Assembly: GCA_963701095.1 (NCBI GenBank)
Contig: OY969564.1
Span: 96,001-160,000 of the forward strand
Direction: 5' to 3'
Source of the DNA: an uncultured Methanoregulaceae archaeon
Lineage (GTDB): Archaea > Halobacteriota > Methanomicrobia > Methanomicrobiales > Methanospirillaceae
DNA: 64,000 bases
This document shows, piece by piece, positions 30,731 through 41,064 of this stretch. Made by a program: the position numbers and the translations under genes. Positions within the stretch are counted from its first letter, which is position 1. Each line of letters opens with the position of its first letter. A model generated the notes under the pieces. That model was not told the DNA's origin, ran no database searches, and saw nothing but the letters and a program-made list of their open reading frames with translations.

Positions 30731-31074
30731 CCGCACCAGTATTCCCTTCAATCTTTGTGCACACCTGCACGCTTCAGCATACGATATCTACGGGTAAGGA
30801 TCAGTATGGTGCACCATCGCCCAACAAACAGATCACTGCATCGGTTTGCCGGTTCTTTTCCTGCCAGGTTGCGGGGGAAAATGCGGCTGGTGTGCCGATA
30901 CTGGTTGATCAGCTCCATTGCCTCCTGCCATCTACGGCCGTCGTACAAGATGAGGACACTATCGTCAGTACGGTTCCGGGCTACAATGGCACGTTCCAGA
31001 TCATCAACGCTGAACCTGATACCACCCGGGCCGGCGTCCGGCACTGGACGTGTACGATCAAGAAGGTGGTGTGA
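30727..31074 (+). CDS. Head closure/stopper (putative)
   Basis: HTCT...D.YG.P; position. Confidence 0.6.
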   Translation: MTAPVFPSIFVHTCTLQHTISTGKDQYGAPSPNKQITASVCRFFSCQVAGENAAGVPILVDQLHCLLPSTAVVQDEDTIVSTVPGYNGTFQIINAEPDTTRAGVRHWTCTIKKVV

Positions 31075-31077
31075 GCC

Positions 31078-31332
31078 ATGGACGCGACAAAACCCCAAAC
31101 GGATCGTGAATGGCTGGTCCAGATTGACGGTAAGGTGGACTCCATCCTCGCCCGCCTTGAGAAAGGTGATACCTGCATGGAAGATTATGGCGACCGGCTT
31201 GATGTCCTTGAAAAATTCCAGGCTAAACTTGTCGGTATTGCCGTAAGTCTCTCCCTGATCGCTTCGGTCTGCGGGTACTGGATTCTCTGCAAGCTCTCCG
31301 AACTGGGAATCGGTAACGGAGGAGGTCACTGA
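31078..31332 (+). CDS. Small coiled-coil plus transmembrane protein (holin/XhlA-like)
   Basis: RLDVLEKFQAKLVGIAVSLSLIASV. Confidence 0.55.
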   Translation: MDATKPQTDREWLVQIDGKVDSILARLEKGDTCMEDYGDRLDVLEKFQAKLVGIAVSLSLIASVCGYWILCKLSELGIGNGGGH

Positions 31333-31366
31333 CATAACCGCCGAACTCGAAGGGCTGGAAGAGTGC

Positions 31367-31729
31367 ATGGCTGGTTTACAGGATGCCCTTGATCAGGTTC
31401 ATGCAAGTTCCGGAAACGCTGCCATGCAGGGTGGTCTTGCGTATGTTGCCGATGTGAAAGCCCTCGCACCAGTCAAGAACGGTGAGTACCGGGACGGGAT
31501 CTCCTGCAAACCTTCTCCGGATGGTGATGGTTCCGTTATCGTCGGGTCTCCCGATCCTTTCTCCCGGCGGCTTGAGTACGGGTTCTACGATATGACCGAT
31601 TCTCTCGGCCGGCACTTTTTCCAAGAGCCCCGCCCGCATTTCCGACCGCCACTCGACACCGAGATGGACAGATATCTGGCGATCATGGCCGGCACTATTG
31701 CAAAAGAAGCTTTCGGGGATGATGGGTGA
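31367..31729 (+). CDS. HK97 gp10-like tail completion protein (true start may be ~11 codons upstream)
   Basis: LAPVKNG.YR.GI, LEYG, PRPHFRPP. Confidence 0.75.
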   Translation: MAGLQDALDQVHASSGNAAMQGGLAYVADVKALAPVKNGEYRDGISCKPSPDGDGSVIVGSPDPFSRRLEYGFYDMTDSLGRHFFQEPRPHFRPPLDTEMDRYLAIMAGTIAKEAFGDDG

Positions 31730-32130
31730 TGCAGGATATTGTTCTTGCCGTCATCGACCAGCTGCTTGCCAATGCTTCCGTTGCCGGGCAGGTTGGGACG
31801 AACATCTACCGGGGCAACCTGCCACCATCACCTCCGTATCCTTCAGTCGTAGTAGACCGCGTCACAAAACTCCGGGAGGCCGGGAACAACACCGCCCACT
31901 ATGCAACCGCCCGGGTACAATGCACCGTCTTTACGCAATCCGATGGTCTCGCGGAAACTATCAGCGAGGCAATAGCGGACTGCCTGCACAGCACGACGAA
32001 CACCTTCATGAATAACGTGTACGTGATCCGCATCGAAGACGCGGGAGGTGCCCCGGATAACTCCGATGCACTTACCGTCGGTATCTTCCGGGATCACCGC
32101 GATTTCCTGATTTTCTATTCAGCACATTGA
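31726..32130 (+). CDS. Tail terminator (DUF3168-like)
   Basis: VGTNIY...P.YP.VV, RVQCTVF. Confidence 0.7.
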   Translation: MMQDIVLAVIDQLLANASVAGQVGTNIYRGNLPPSPPYPSVVVDRVTKLREAGNNTAHYATARVQCTVFTQSDGLAETISEAIADCLHSTTNTFMNNVYVIRIEDAGGAPDNSDALTVGIFRDHRDFLIFYSAH

Positions 32131-32143
32131 GGTACCACAAACC

Positions 32144-32878
32144 ATGACTTCACAAGCCAAGATGGCGACCGGGATGTTTCTCGCATTCAACGGTTACGTT
32201 CTTGCCGAGATGACAGATATTTCCGAACCCCCGCTCGCCGTTGAGAAAGTTGATTCTACGAGCCATGACAGCCCGTGTAAGATCACCATCCCCGGCCAGC
32301 TCTCGTACGGTGACATGACCTACACGGTGAACTTCGTAAACGATGTAACGCAGGCCGCACTTGAGACCATGGCCACCGCACGGACTACCGGCATGTGGCA
32401 GGTTATTTTCCCGCCGGCATTTGCGTCCCTATCGTACCAGGTGCCCGGGTTCGTCAGTGGCATAAAGAAGAAAACCCCGCTGAAAAGCAATCCTGCTTCA
32501 CGAGACTTCACCGTCACACCGACCGGAGGCATCACGCCAATCACTACGGCAGGACCGAACCTGACTGCGCCGTACATGATCGTGGAGGACCAGGTGCCGA
32601 ACATCTTTACGCTTTCACCGGCGTTGTCCGGTACGACCTATCAGTATACCTGCACGTCCAAACAGGCCAGCACTGCGATTACTGTCACACCGACGGCCGC
32701 AAGTGGCACGATCTACGTTGCCGGAAACCAGACGGCGACCGGTGTTGCAAGCACTGCGATCCCCTATACCCTTGCACAATATCCGACCGGTTCCATCCTG
32801 ACGGTCTTCGTGCTTGTGACCGGGACCAATGTCACGCCGTCCGTGTATGAAATCCAGATCACCCGGGGTACCTCATAA
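32144..32878 (+). CDS. Major tail tube protein with C-terminal cadherin-like beta-sandwich
   Basis: VDSTSHDS, IPG...G; LSPALSGTTYQY...ITVTPTA...YEIQITR. Confidence 0.8.
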   Translation: MTSQAKMATGMFLAFNGYVLAEMTDISEPPLAVEKVDSTSHDSPCKITIPGQLSYGDMTYTVNFVNDVTQAALETMATARTTGMWQVIFPPAFASLSYQVPGFVSGIKKKTPLKSNPASRDFTVTPTGGITPITTAGPNLTAPYMIVEDQVPNIFTLSPALSGTTYQYTCTSKQASTAITVTPTAASGTIYVAGNQTATGVASTAIPYTLAQYPTGSILTVFVLVTGTNVTPSVYEIQITRGTS

Positions 32879-33312
32879 TGCTGAATAGTGTCCCTATCGA
32901 AATCGGCGGAGAAAAGTATCTCCTCCAGTTTTCGGCCATCGATGTAGACGAGATGGAGGCCATCTTCGATAAACCACTGGTGAGTATACTCAACGAGAAC
33001 CAGATCAAACGAATTGGCGTGCTTGGGACGATGCTGTATGCAGGTCTCAAGAAGAACGGTCTGCCGGGTCCGCATGGAGAACTCCCCCGGGTATTCCCGC
33101 GAGGTGCAGCCGGACGGGCAGAGGCCCTTGATCTCGTACGAACCCATACCACCGGAAAAACCGGGGCGGTCATGATCGAGCTCGGTAACAAGATCTTCGA
33201 AGGATTCGGTGCCGGGGAGTGGTTCACGTTCAAGGCGGTGCTCGAAAAGGAGGCAGTGCCCCAGGAGACCGAGCCCTCAAAAAACTCGGAAGGGACTGGA
33301 TCAAGTCCATAG
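32878..33312 (+). CDS. Tail assembly chaperone (G)
   Basis: Between tail tube and tape measure; slippery site near the 3' end. Confidence 0.75.
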   Translation: MLNSVPIEIGGEKYLLQFSAIDVDEMEAIFDKPLVSILNENQIKRIGVLGTMLYAGLKKNGLPGPHGELPRVFPRGAAGRAEALDLVRTHTTGKTGAVMIELGNKIFEGFGAGEWFTFKAVLEKEAVPQETEPSKNSEGTGSSP

Positions 33313-33668
33313 AACCGGCTGCATACGGGCTATGCGGTCTCTTCCCGGCTGAGCTCTGGAACCTAACGCCCCGTGATCTCCGGGTGATGATTGAGACTAA
33401 ACTCAAAATACGGACGGAACGGCAACGAGCTGACCTGTGGCACTTCGACCGGCTCTTTGCCGTCCAGACTGCAAGGCTGCTCAACATAGCTGGAAAAACG
33501 CTCAAAGAGGGCGTTGAAATCGACGCGGATTCCCTCTACGTGTTTAAGTGGGATATGCCAGCAACCGAAGAGCCGGAAGATGAATGCGATCCAGCGTCAC
33601 GGCTGGAAGAAATCAGGCAGAAAATGAACAAGTGGGTCAAGGCAACCGGAGGAACTCCTCGTGGGTGA
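33279..33668 (+). CDS. Tail assembly chaperone GT extension reached by -1 frameshift
   Basis: A AAA AAC at 33279-85; -1 frame reads GLFPAELWNLTPRDL. Confidence 0.75.
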   Translation, partial: KKLGRDWIKSIEPAAYGLCGLFPAELWNLTPRDLRVMIETKLKIRTERQRADLWHFDRLFAVQTARLLNIAGKTLKEGVEIDADSLYVFKWDMPATEEPEDECDPASRLEEIRQKMNKWVKATGGTPRG

Positions 33669-35373
33669 ACAAGTAGTTGGATCCTTGTGGGTCAAACTGG
33701 GTCTTGATGGATCCGGCCTGTCCGGTGGTGTTGCCAACGCAGCGGCATCATTCGATGTCATTACAATGGCAGCGAGGACTGCGACGAGGTTTGCCCAGCA
33801 GGGATTCGATGATACCGTCGGTGCGGCGATCTCGTATGCCGACCAGATGCAGCACGTTTCTGACGTAACCGGTATGAGCACCGACTCGGCACAGAAATGG
33901 AATGCTGCAAACATTGCTGTTGGTGGATCCCTGGACTCAATGCTTTCATCGCTCCAGATGGTGCAGGGAAAGATCGCTGACACCACAACCACCGGCAACA
34001 CCTACCGGAAGACCCTCGATAATCTTCACATCGCTTACAAAGACCAGAACGGGGATTACCTCGACGCCGACACCCTCCAGAAAAATATCCTTACGAGTTT
34101 AAGCAAGGTAACTGACGCCACTCAAAGGGACTCCGATGCCCGCCTTATCTACGGCCGGGGATGGGCGAGCAATGCAGAGCTTATCACCAATGCAACAAAG
34201 GCCCTCCAGGTCTATAACGCGACCCCGTCACCATTCTCTGACGACCAGATCACCGCTGCCCACAACATTGGTATCGAGCTTGACCAGTTCAACGCCAAAC
34301 TCTCCATCGCCCAGACCGAAGTCGGCATGGAACTGTTACCCTCAGTAAAAACGCTGGTTACCACATTTGGCGCTGCATTTAATGAGGACAGCCCGGTCAT
34401 CACCTTTTTCTCATGGCTTAACGGTGCGATAGAAGATTCTGTCGAAGGATTCGCAAAACTTGTCGGTGGTATTGAAGCCGGTACAGAGGCCATCAACGAT
34501 CTGGCAACCGGGAAAGGACTCTCCCAGTCTATGGCGGATTTCCAGTCCCAGGAAAATAAGACCAACGCCTATATCACCAACCTCCGGGGCCAGGCCGATA
34601 TCACTCAGGGAGAGATGGCCAATCCATCACCATCTTCACCAGTTGCCGGAAGTTCATCGCCAGATACGAGTGGAGACTCCGGAGGAAGTTCAGGCACTAA
34701 ATCAGGCAAAACGTCCACCGCTAAAACAGCAAGCACCACTACAAAAGCTGGCAGTGGATGGCACGGTGCTGCAATCGGAGATCCCGGTACGGCGATGAAC
34801 CAGTACATGATGGATTCATATGCCGATGGGATGTCATATTCCGAAGCCCTGAACGCATGGTCCGGGAACGCCCAGCCCACAGCATCCACCATGAAGCTGG
34901 CTCAGCAGTTCCAGGGAGATCAGACAAACCAGGGAATGAATGCAACGGTTGCATCGCTCGTTTCATCCACCGGGATCTCAACAGCAACCGCAATGCAGGC
35001 ATGGCAGCAAGGTGATGTCCTTCACGGAGACGCTGCCGCAACTTCAGATCCATCAAAGACCGCAGCTGCTTCAACTACGCTCGCAAAAGCCACCAGTACT
35101 GACCCGGTACTTACCGCTATTCAAAAGTGGTATAACGACTGGACGCCCCTGAACCAACTCGAGCAGTCCTCGTGGAAAACGACGACTGAAACCTATCAGA
35201 CAACCGTACTCAGCAACTGGACCACCTTGCTCGGTAATATGACGACTGTCTTAGCGACACTCAGCACAATTGCCGCGAAGACCGGCACAACTCCCGCCGG
35301 TTCGAGTGCAAACGCGGGTTCCACCACATTAGCAACTGCAGGACAGAGCACCTCCATTGGAGGGCTCTACTGA
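33661..35373 (+). CDS. Tape measure protein
   Basis: VGSLWVKLGLD N-terminus; Ala/Thr/Ser-rich; position. Confidence 0.85.
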   Translation: MGEQVVGSLWVKLGLDGSGLSGGVANAAASFDVITMAARTATRFAQQGFDDTVGAAISYADQMQHVSDVTGMSTDSAQKWNAANIAVGGSLDSMLSSLQMVQGKIADTTTTGNTYRKTLDNLHIAYKDQNGDYLDADTLQKNILTSLSKVTDATQRDSDARLIYGRGWASNAELITNATKALQVYNATPSPFSDDQITAAHNIGIELDQFNAKLSIAQTEVGMELLPSVKTLVTTFGAAFNEDSPVITFFSWLNGAIEDSVEGFAKLVGGIEAGTEAINDLATGKGLSQSMADFQSQENKTNAYITNLRGQADITQGEMANPSPSSPVAGSSSPDTSGDSGGSSGTKSGKTSTAKTASTTTKAGSGWHGAAIGDPGTAMNQYMMDSYADGMSYSEALNAWSGNAQPTASTMKLAQQFQGDQTNQGMNATVASLVSSTGISTATAMQAWQQGDVLHGDAAATSDPSKTAAASTTLAKATSTDPVLTAIQKWYNDWTPLNQLEQSSWKTTTETYQTTVLSNWTTLLGNMTTVLATLSTIAAKTGTTPAGSSANAGSTTLATAGQSTSIGGLY

Positions 35374-36254
35374 TGTATTTCACCTGGACACCATCGACCG
35401 GATCGCCGACCCTGACCTTTTCCGGCACCGCACCGGATTACCGGCTGCTCAAAGCATACGACGGGCTTGAATCGATGGCCAGCATCATCATGACGGCAAA
35501 ATCCCTCTATCTCGACGGGGAATCCATCATGGCTGCCCCGTGGCTGGACAACCGGTCGGTCACAATCCCGCTCATGATTATTTCGACTGATGGAACGCTG
35601 CCGACCCTGCAAGCCGAAGTCCTCGCCTTAGTCTCGACACTCAATCCCAAATATGGTCCCGGAGTACTGACCTTTTACAACGATTCCGGGGCGGCATATG
35701 CGCTCAACTGTGTCAATGATTCTGGTTCTCCGGTGATGGATACAAAAACAAAATACACGAACGAATGGCAATGCACCTTGAAATTCAAGGCGTACGATCC
35801 CACGTTCTACAACCCGGTTGCAAGCATCAATCCTTTCCAGACCTTCTATAACGGCTGGTCGTTCCCGTGGAGTTACCCGATGTCGTACGGTACGGCGAAC
35901 ACGACGCTTGGCTGTACCAACCACGGCAATACGCCTACATGGTTTACGGCGGTGGTTACCGGCCCTGTCTCAAACCCCGTGATTACCAATACTACTACAG
36001 GGGAATTCCTCCAGTCCAGCCAGACCCTCAACGCTGGTGATACGCTTACCATCAGCACGAGACCTCGGGCATGCACCGTGACCTATACACCGTCGGGGGG
36101 GAGTCCCATAAACGCCATGAAGACGATGTCGCTTAATAGCACCTTTTTCCTCCTCCCTCCGGGAACGACAAACGTCACGTATGCATCGAGCCTGAATATC
36201 CAGAGCGGCTCCAGTATGGAACTTACCTGGAATGACCGGTGGGCGGCGGTCTGA
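35373..36254 (+). CDS. Distal tail (Dit)-like protein
   Basis: FKAYDPTFY, N.GN.P, GP..NP.I.N.TTG, FF.L.PG. Confidence 0.8.
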   Translation: MYFTWTPSTGSPTLTFSGTAPDYRLLKAYDGLESMASIIMTAKSLYLDGESIMAAPWLDNRSVTIPLMIISTDGTLPTLQAEVLALVSTLNPKYGPGVLTFYNDSGAAYALNCVNDSGSPVMDTKTKYTNEWQCTLKFKAYDPTFYNPVASINPFQTFYNGWSFPWSYPMSYGTANTTLGCTNHGNTPTWFTAVVTGPVSNPVITNTTTGEFLQSSQTLNAGDTLTISTRPRACTVTYTPSGGSPINAMKTMSLNSTFFLLPPGTTNVTYASSLNIQSGSSMELTWNDRWAAV

Positions 36255-36255
36255 A

Positions 36256-38580
36256 ATGCCGGCTGCAAATCCTATGCCCCTCTGGGTCTTTGATCCAAAC
36301 CTCAACGCAATCGGCATCATTGACGGATACCAGTACCTTTCCTGGACCCGGGATTTTCGCGGTATCGGCACCATGAAATTAGAGGTTTCCCGGAAACTGG
36401 CGTTAGATAACCTCGGCAATTCGTTACTGCAACCGGGCAACTATTTCGGGTTCCTGCGAAACGGATGGTGGCGGGTCGCCCGTATCACGCAGGGAGATAT
36501 TTCGTGGAAATCAGACGATACCGCGAATACGGATCTCTGGACGGTCTCGTGTGCTGATGGAAAAGGGATCCTCAACCAGCGGTTGTGTCTTTACAACACC
36601 ACCACCGGCACAGGATACAATTCGCTGAACGCTGATGCTGAGACTGCTATCCGGACGCTGATCGCCGAAGAGATGATGACAAACGCCAATGCCGACCGCA
36701 ACATCCCCCAACTCGCGCTTGAAACTATTGACCAGACACGCGGCGGCAACATCACCATCGATGCCCGGTTCGAATACGTGATGGACAAAATCACCGAGAT
36801 TCTCCAGCAGAGCGGTGTAATGGGCATGGAAGTCCGGCTGAATGCCAGCGTCAGTCCGCCAACCCTTGTGCCGACAATGATTGTCGGTACTGACAGGACG
36901 GCATCAGTCTTCTTTACTCCGAAGTTCTCGAATGTCAAACAGTTAGAGTATACATTCGATATTTCAAAATCCCGGAACGCTGCGATGGTAGCCGGGAGCG
37001 GTACGGCGGCAGCCCGAACCCAGACCTGGGTCACGGTCGATAACTCGTTTTACCAGATGGGTAAACTCGGGTCGGCAACAATGGTCTGTTGTATGGCAGA
37101 TTGCGGTAATGGTATCCTGATTTTCGGTGGAAATGACGGGTTCATCTACCGCAGCACCAACAACGGCAGCACCTGGACGGCTATGCAGTCACTGGGGTAT
37201 CCGGTATTCTCGATGCTGTTTGTCAACAATATTGTTCTTGCAGGCACATCCGGCGCTGCCAAAATATTTGCCTCGTATGATCTTGGGCTGACGTGGAATT
37301 TACTTACCACCCTCACAGACGGATCGAACATGATATATTCCCTAGCCTGTGACGGCGCCCCTAATACTGCGACGACTACCACGACAACAACGGGCTCGAA
37401 CGCAACCCCGGGTACGATCAACAATATTACCTCAGTGGGGTGGACGGGGGCCGTGAACGTTTATGCCGGCACCGGGTCTACGGTGGGAACGGTCTGGATG
37501 GCTAATGTAAATGCGTTGAACTCGTGGACCAGCCTTGGATCGTGTGGTTCTGATAATTATGTCACCGCGATGCTCTATTCCGGGGTTGCCGGTGCAAATG
37601 GCGCGCCTACATGGTCGGTAAAGTACTCGCTCGACCTGACCCCGATCCCGTCGAATCCTCGCGGGTGTATGATCGCATCGGGATTTCCATCAGGAAACCT
37701 GTACTGGTTCGGCCAGAATCTTAACAGTATCACCACCGTCGCGATTGCACCGACAGAATCGATGTCGACCGCTAACTGGGGTCCCTGGATGTGGAACAAT
37801 TTCGGGAACCTGGCCGGGGTTAATGGCGTTATGTCGTTTCTCGCTTTGAGTAGCGGAGATATCCTGGCGGGATGTTATCCGGCAGGGAATATCATAAAAT
37901 GCCCTTACGGGAGGGGATCTGCACCTACTGCCATTAACATCAGTAATTGGTCACAGACTGGCCGACTCGGCACTGGCACTCTTTCTGTCCGCCGCATGAT
38001 TGACGGTAGTAACGGTTTAGTGTACGCTGGATCGAGCGACGGAACGAATGCAACGGTATTCCGAAGCCTCGATTATGGGAAGACCTGGACTTCGTTAGGT
38101 AACGTAGGATCTGAAACCGGTATTTACGCACTTGATCTTTCTCCCACTGGATACCTGATAATCGGGACGTATCCCGGCGGATTTATCTATCAATCGATGA
38201 ACGTGTCGCTGGAAAAGATTCCGACGGGTATCAACCGGTCGGAAATTCTGGTCGATGCTTCCGATGCCCAGAGTGCCGGTACGATCACGGCACAGGGTGC
38301 ACAGACGATTACCGATCTGGAGGAAGTGGATACCCTCACCTGTGTTATCGAGCCGGGGACGACGACGTTTGTGTATGGATCGGACTTTGATCTTGGCGAT
38401 ATGGTCACAGTCGTGTATCCTGGTATTGTGCAGAAAAGCGCCCGGATCCTGACAATCCAGGAAGAGTATTCCCTTTCTGCCGGATTCCAGGACACGATCA
38501 CACTTGGCAGTACCGGCACCGACCTCGGTTCTGTGATCAAGAAAGCGAACAAAGCGAACACCAAAGCTAAACGAAAGTGA
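36256..38580 (+). CDS. Baseplate hub/Tal-like (ReqiPepy6 gp37-like) protein with inserted BNR/Asp-box beta-propeller
   Basis: IGIIDGYQYLSW.R, VAG.G...R, Y..DFDLGD.VTV; S.(D/N).G.TW repeats. Confidence 0.75.
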   Translation: MPAANPMPLWVFDPNLNAIGIIDGYQYLSWTRDFRGIGTMKLEVSRKLALDNLGNSLLQPGNYFGFLRNGWWRVARITQGDISWKSDDTANTDLWTVSCADGKGILNQRLCLYNTTTGTGYNSLNADAETAIRTLIAEEMMTNANADRNIPQLALETIDQTRGGNITIDARFEYVMDKITEILQQSGVMGMEVRLNASVSPPTLVPTMIVGTDRTASVFFTPKFSNVKQLEYTFDISKSRNAAMVAGSGTAAARTQTWVTVDNSFYQMGKLGSATMVCCMADCGNGILIFGGNDGFIYRSTNNGSTWTAMQSLGYPVFSMLFVNNIVLAGTSGAAKIFASYDLGLTWNLLTTLTDGSNMIYSLACDGAPNTATTTTTTTGSNATPGTINNITSVGWTGAVNVYAGTGSTVGTVWMANVNALNSWTSLGSCGSDNYVTAMLYSGVAGANGAPTWSVKYSLDLTPIPSNPRGCMIASGFPSGNLYWFGQNLNSITTVAIAPTESMSTANWGPWMWNNFGNLAGVNGVMSFLALSSGDILAGCYPAGNIIKCPYGRGSAPTAINISNWSQTGRLGTGTLSVRRMIDGSNGLVYAGSSDGTNATVFRSLDYGKTWTSLGNVGSETGIYALDLSPTGYLIIGTYPGGFIYQSMNVSLEKIPTGINRSEILVDASDAQSAGTITAQGAQTITDLEEVDTLTCVIEPGTTTFVYGSDFDLGDMVTVVYPGIVQKSARILTIQEEYSLSAGFQDTITLGSTGTDLGSVIKKANKANTKAKRK

Positions 38581-38587
38581 GGACTCT

Positions 38588-39853
38588 ATGACGCTTACCT
38601 ACGGTTATTTTGCATCGGCATCCGGGGATATCCGGCAGTATATGCAGACCGACGACGCCAACCTGTTCCGCCAGTGGTGGAGCAACGGCATTATGAACAG
38701 TTTTGCGAACTCCCTGCAGGTAACAGCGCTTGCAAGCCCGAACATGTCTGTCTATGCCGGTATCGGTGGCTGTTTTATTGACGGGTACTGGATGTATAAC
38801 AATGCTGCATTGAACCTCGGTATTGCCGCGAACACTTCGGGCAACCCGAGGATCGACCGGATTATTGTGTCCATCGATGAAGTCAACGCCCGGGTCGTCA
38901 GTATCCAGGTTTTACAGGGATCTCCGGCTGCATCTCCGCTCCCCCCATCTCTCACCCAGAATTCAGGATCGACATACCAGTTGTCCCTTGCTCAGATCTC
39001 TGTGGCAAACGGCGCTAACCAGATCTTCCCGGCAAATATTACAGACGAACGTTGGACCCAGTACTGCGGGGTGATGGCGGCTACGATGGGGAAATTCTCC
39101 ATACAGACCGACGGATCCCTGAATGGCGGTGGCATGAATATTCACAATATCGCTGATCCGGTAAGCGCTCAAGATGCGGCGACGATGCATTATATCACCG
39201 GCCTTATGTCCTCAAGTACATTCCGCGTGAAAGTGTCCGTAATAGCATCAGGTTCCGTTTTTACGACACAATCAACGACGCAATACGTGGATATTCTCCT
39301 TGTTGGAGGATGCGGCGGTGGAGGTGGTGGTGGGGGCGCGATCACTACTTCCTGGGCAGGTGGAGCAGGTGGGGGCGGAGGGGCTGGCGGGACGAATTAT
39401 GCATGGGGTATCTCCGTCGCGGGAAATGCGACATACACGATTGCGGTCGGAGCCGCCGGTACCGCTGGTTCCGGGGGAGCTTACGGCGGATCCGGTTATG
39501 GCAGCGGTGGAGGTGGCGGTTCAGGCGGATCTGGCGGAAATACCTCAATCACCGTAGGTGGTACGACATATATTGCGTACGGTGGCGGTGGTGGAAACGG
39601 CGGAATTGGTGGGCATTTCTACGCTACCGGTGGCAGCGGGAATGGTATTGCCGGCGGTGCCGGTTCCGGTGGCAGTATCGCCAATGGATTTGGCATGCTC
39701 GGTAACTCGGGAAATGGCACGTCGCCCGGTGCCGGTCAGTTCAGTGCATCCCAAGTGGGAGGAACGGGAGGAAATGGTGGGGGCGGTGGGGGCGCTGGCG
39801 GTGCCGGGATGGCGGGGACTGCTGGAATGATGATTATCTGGGAATGGTCGTAA
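38588..39853 (+). CDS. Tail fibre/upper baseplate protein with glycine-rich C-terminal domain
   Basis: NPRIDRI, ITDER, NIADPVSAQDAAT, GGGGGG repeats. Confidence 0.75.
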   Translation: MTLTYGYFASASGDIRQYMQTDDANLFRQWWSNGIMNSFANSLQVTALASPNMSVYAGIGGCFIDGYWMYNNAALNLGIAANTSGNPRIDRIIVSIDEVNARVVSIQVLQGSPAASPLPPSLTQNSGSTYQLSLAQISVANGANQIFPANITDERWTQYCGVMAATMGKFSIQTDGSLNGGGMNIHNIADPVSAQDAATMHYITGLMSSSTFRVKVSVIASGSVFTTQSTTQYVDILLVGGCGGGGGGGGAITTSWAGGAGGGGGAGGTNYAWGISVAGNATYTIAVGAAGTAGSGGAYGGSGYGSGGGGGSGGSGGNTSITVGGTTYIAYGGGGGNGGIGGHFYATGGSGNGIAGGAGSGGSIANGFGMLGNSGNGTSPGAGQFSASQVGGTGGNGGGGGGAGGAGMAGTAGMMIIWEWS

Positions 39854-39979
39854 TTTCTCTTTTTTTATCTACTTGACAAGACAAATCCTTCACGAACAGC
39901 CTTCAATTTTAATAGATTCCTCTATATTCCATATATCTAAAGAAATATAACCTAGAGATCAAGATTAATCATTGAGAAT

Positions 39980-40502
39980 ATGGGTTTCTTCGGCAAAATC
40001 GGGGAAGTTTTCAATAAAATTGACTATCATACCTCAAATGATCCTGAAATAGTTGGTAAAAGATTTGAAGATCATGTTGAAAGTCTCTTTTCAAAAAAAT
40101 ACTTCAAAATTCTTGAAAAGACACACTCATTCAAAACAAACGCAGAAAGATATGTCGAGAGTAGTAAAAATCCTGATTTTATCTTTGAATATGGCCCTAC
40201 AAAAGAGCAATTTGCTATTGAATGTAAATTTCGGACAAAATTGAATAGTCAAGGGCAATTAGAATGGTCTTACCCTGCCCAATTAAAACGTTATCAGCAA
40301 TTCGCAGCTCAATCTCGTATACCGGTCTATATTGTCATTGGTTTGGAAGAAGATCCTGAAGATGATGAGGAACCAGAGGGTTACATGTTCAATATACCAT
40401 TGAATGAAGCTGAAATATCCTGCTCTCTATCCGAGTGTATTTGCCAAATATGAAAGACCATTGGATAAACCGTTTTTCTGGAAGAATGGAAAATTGTATT
40501 GA
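39980..40502 (+). CDS. PD-(D/E)XK nuclease-like protein (frameshift near 40410)
   Basis: G..FE, NPD, FAIECKFR, QLKRYQ; alternative frame finishes YERPLDKPFFWKNGKLY*. Confidence 0.7.
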
Positions 40503-40544
40503 AATGCGCAGAGTGGAAATGTTGGATATTTCTGATTCAAAATT

Positions 40545-40748
40545 TCAATGTCCTATGAACTTTAAGATATTGCCAACCTCATTGTGAACATTCTGATCCC
40601 AAGATTGGTTATTTTGAGAGATTGAAGATTGGGGATTATTTGCTTGTTGATTTTCCGTGCTATCACATCCTGCTATTGAAACTGAAAGCAGAATAAGAAT
40701 AATCATTATTAAAATTACCATTATCTTCATAAATTGGGTTATTAACAT
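40545..40748 (-). CDS. Small lipoprotein
   Basis: Hydrophobic signal peptide with SIAGC lipobox. Confidence 0.5.
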   Translation of the reverse strand: MLITQFMKIMVILIMIILILLSVSIAGCDSTENQQANNPQSSISQNNQSWDQNVHNEVGNILKFIGH

Positions 40749-40877
40749 TTGAAGATAAAAGATTTTAGCCTTTGATTATACATTTTTCGTAAAATCAATA
40801 AAAAACAATAGTTTTCTTTTGTAGGGCTTTTTAACCTTATATTCTAACTTAACTAGTAACACAGGAGGAGGCAGTTT

Positions 40878-40967
40878 ATGACTGATTCTGGATTTATTTT
40901 AATATGTGCAGGTGTTGGAATTGCTCTGGTAATTATCGCTATTTGGATTTTATTGCAGCGTCGATAA
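40878..40967 (+). CDS. 29-aa single-TM microprotein (not in the ORF track)
   Basis: MTDSGFILICAGVGIALVIIAIWILLQRR*; AGGAGG RBS. Confidence 0.5.
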   Translation: MTDSGFILICAGVGIALVIIAIWILLQRR

Positions 40968-41064
40968 ATATCAGTCCCGTTGCATCTGTCCGCAGTCCGG
41001 GCACAGCCACTTTCACACCATCAACTCTCTTCCATTTATCAATCTCCATTCATGATCAGGTATC

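Larger units (their letters stand above)
1038..39853. mobile_element. Provirus core (tailed archaeal virus, siphovirus-like morphogenesis module)
   Basis: Integrase, regulators, terminases, portal, capsid, head-tail, tail tube, chaperone, tape measure, Dit/Tal-like and fibre genes in canonical order. Confidence 0.93.

Noticed and set aside
38588..39853. Possible diversity-generating retroelement target in the tail fibre
   Set aside because: No reverse transcriptase and no TR/VR pair seen in the window; Gly repeats are low complexity
40853..40862. TAGTAACAC shared with 983-991 as an alternative provirus attR
   Set aside because: Only 9 bp, expected by chance, and no supporting context
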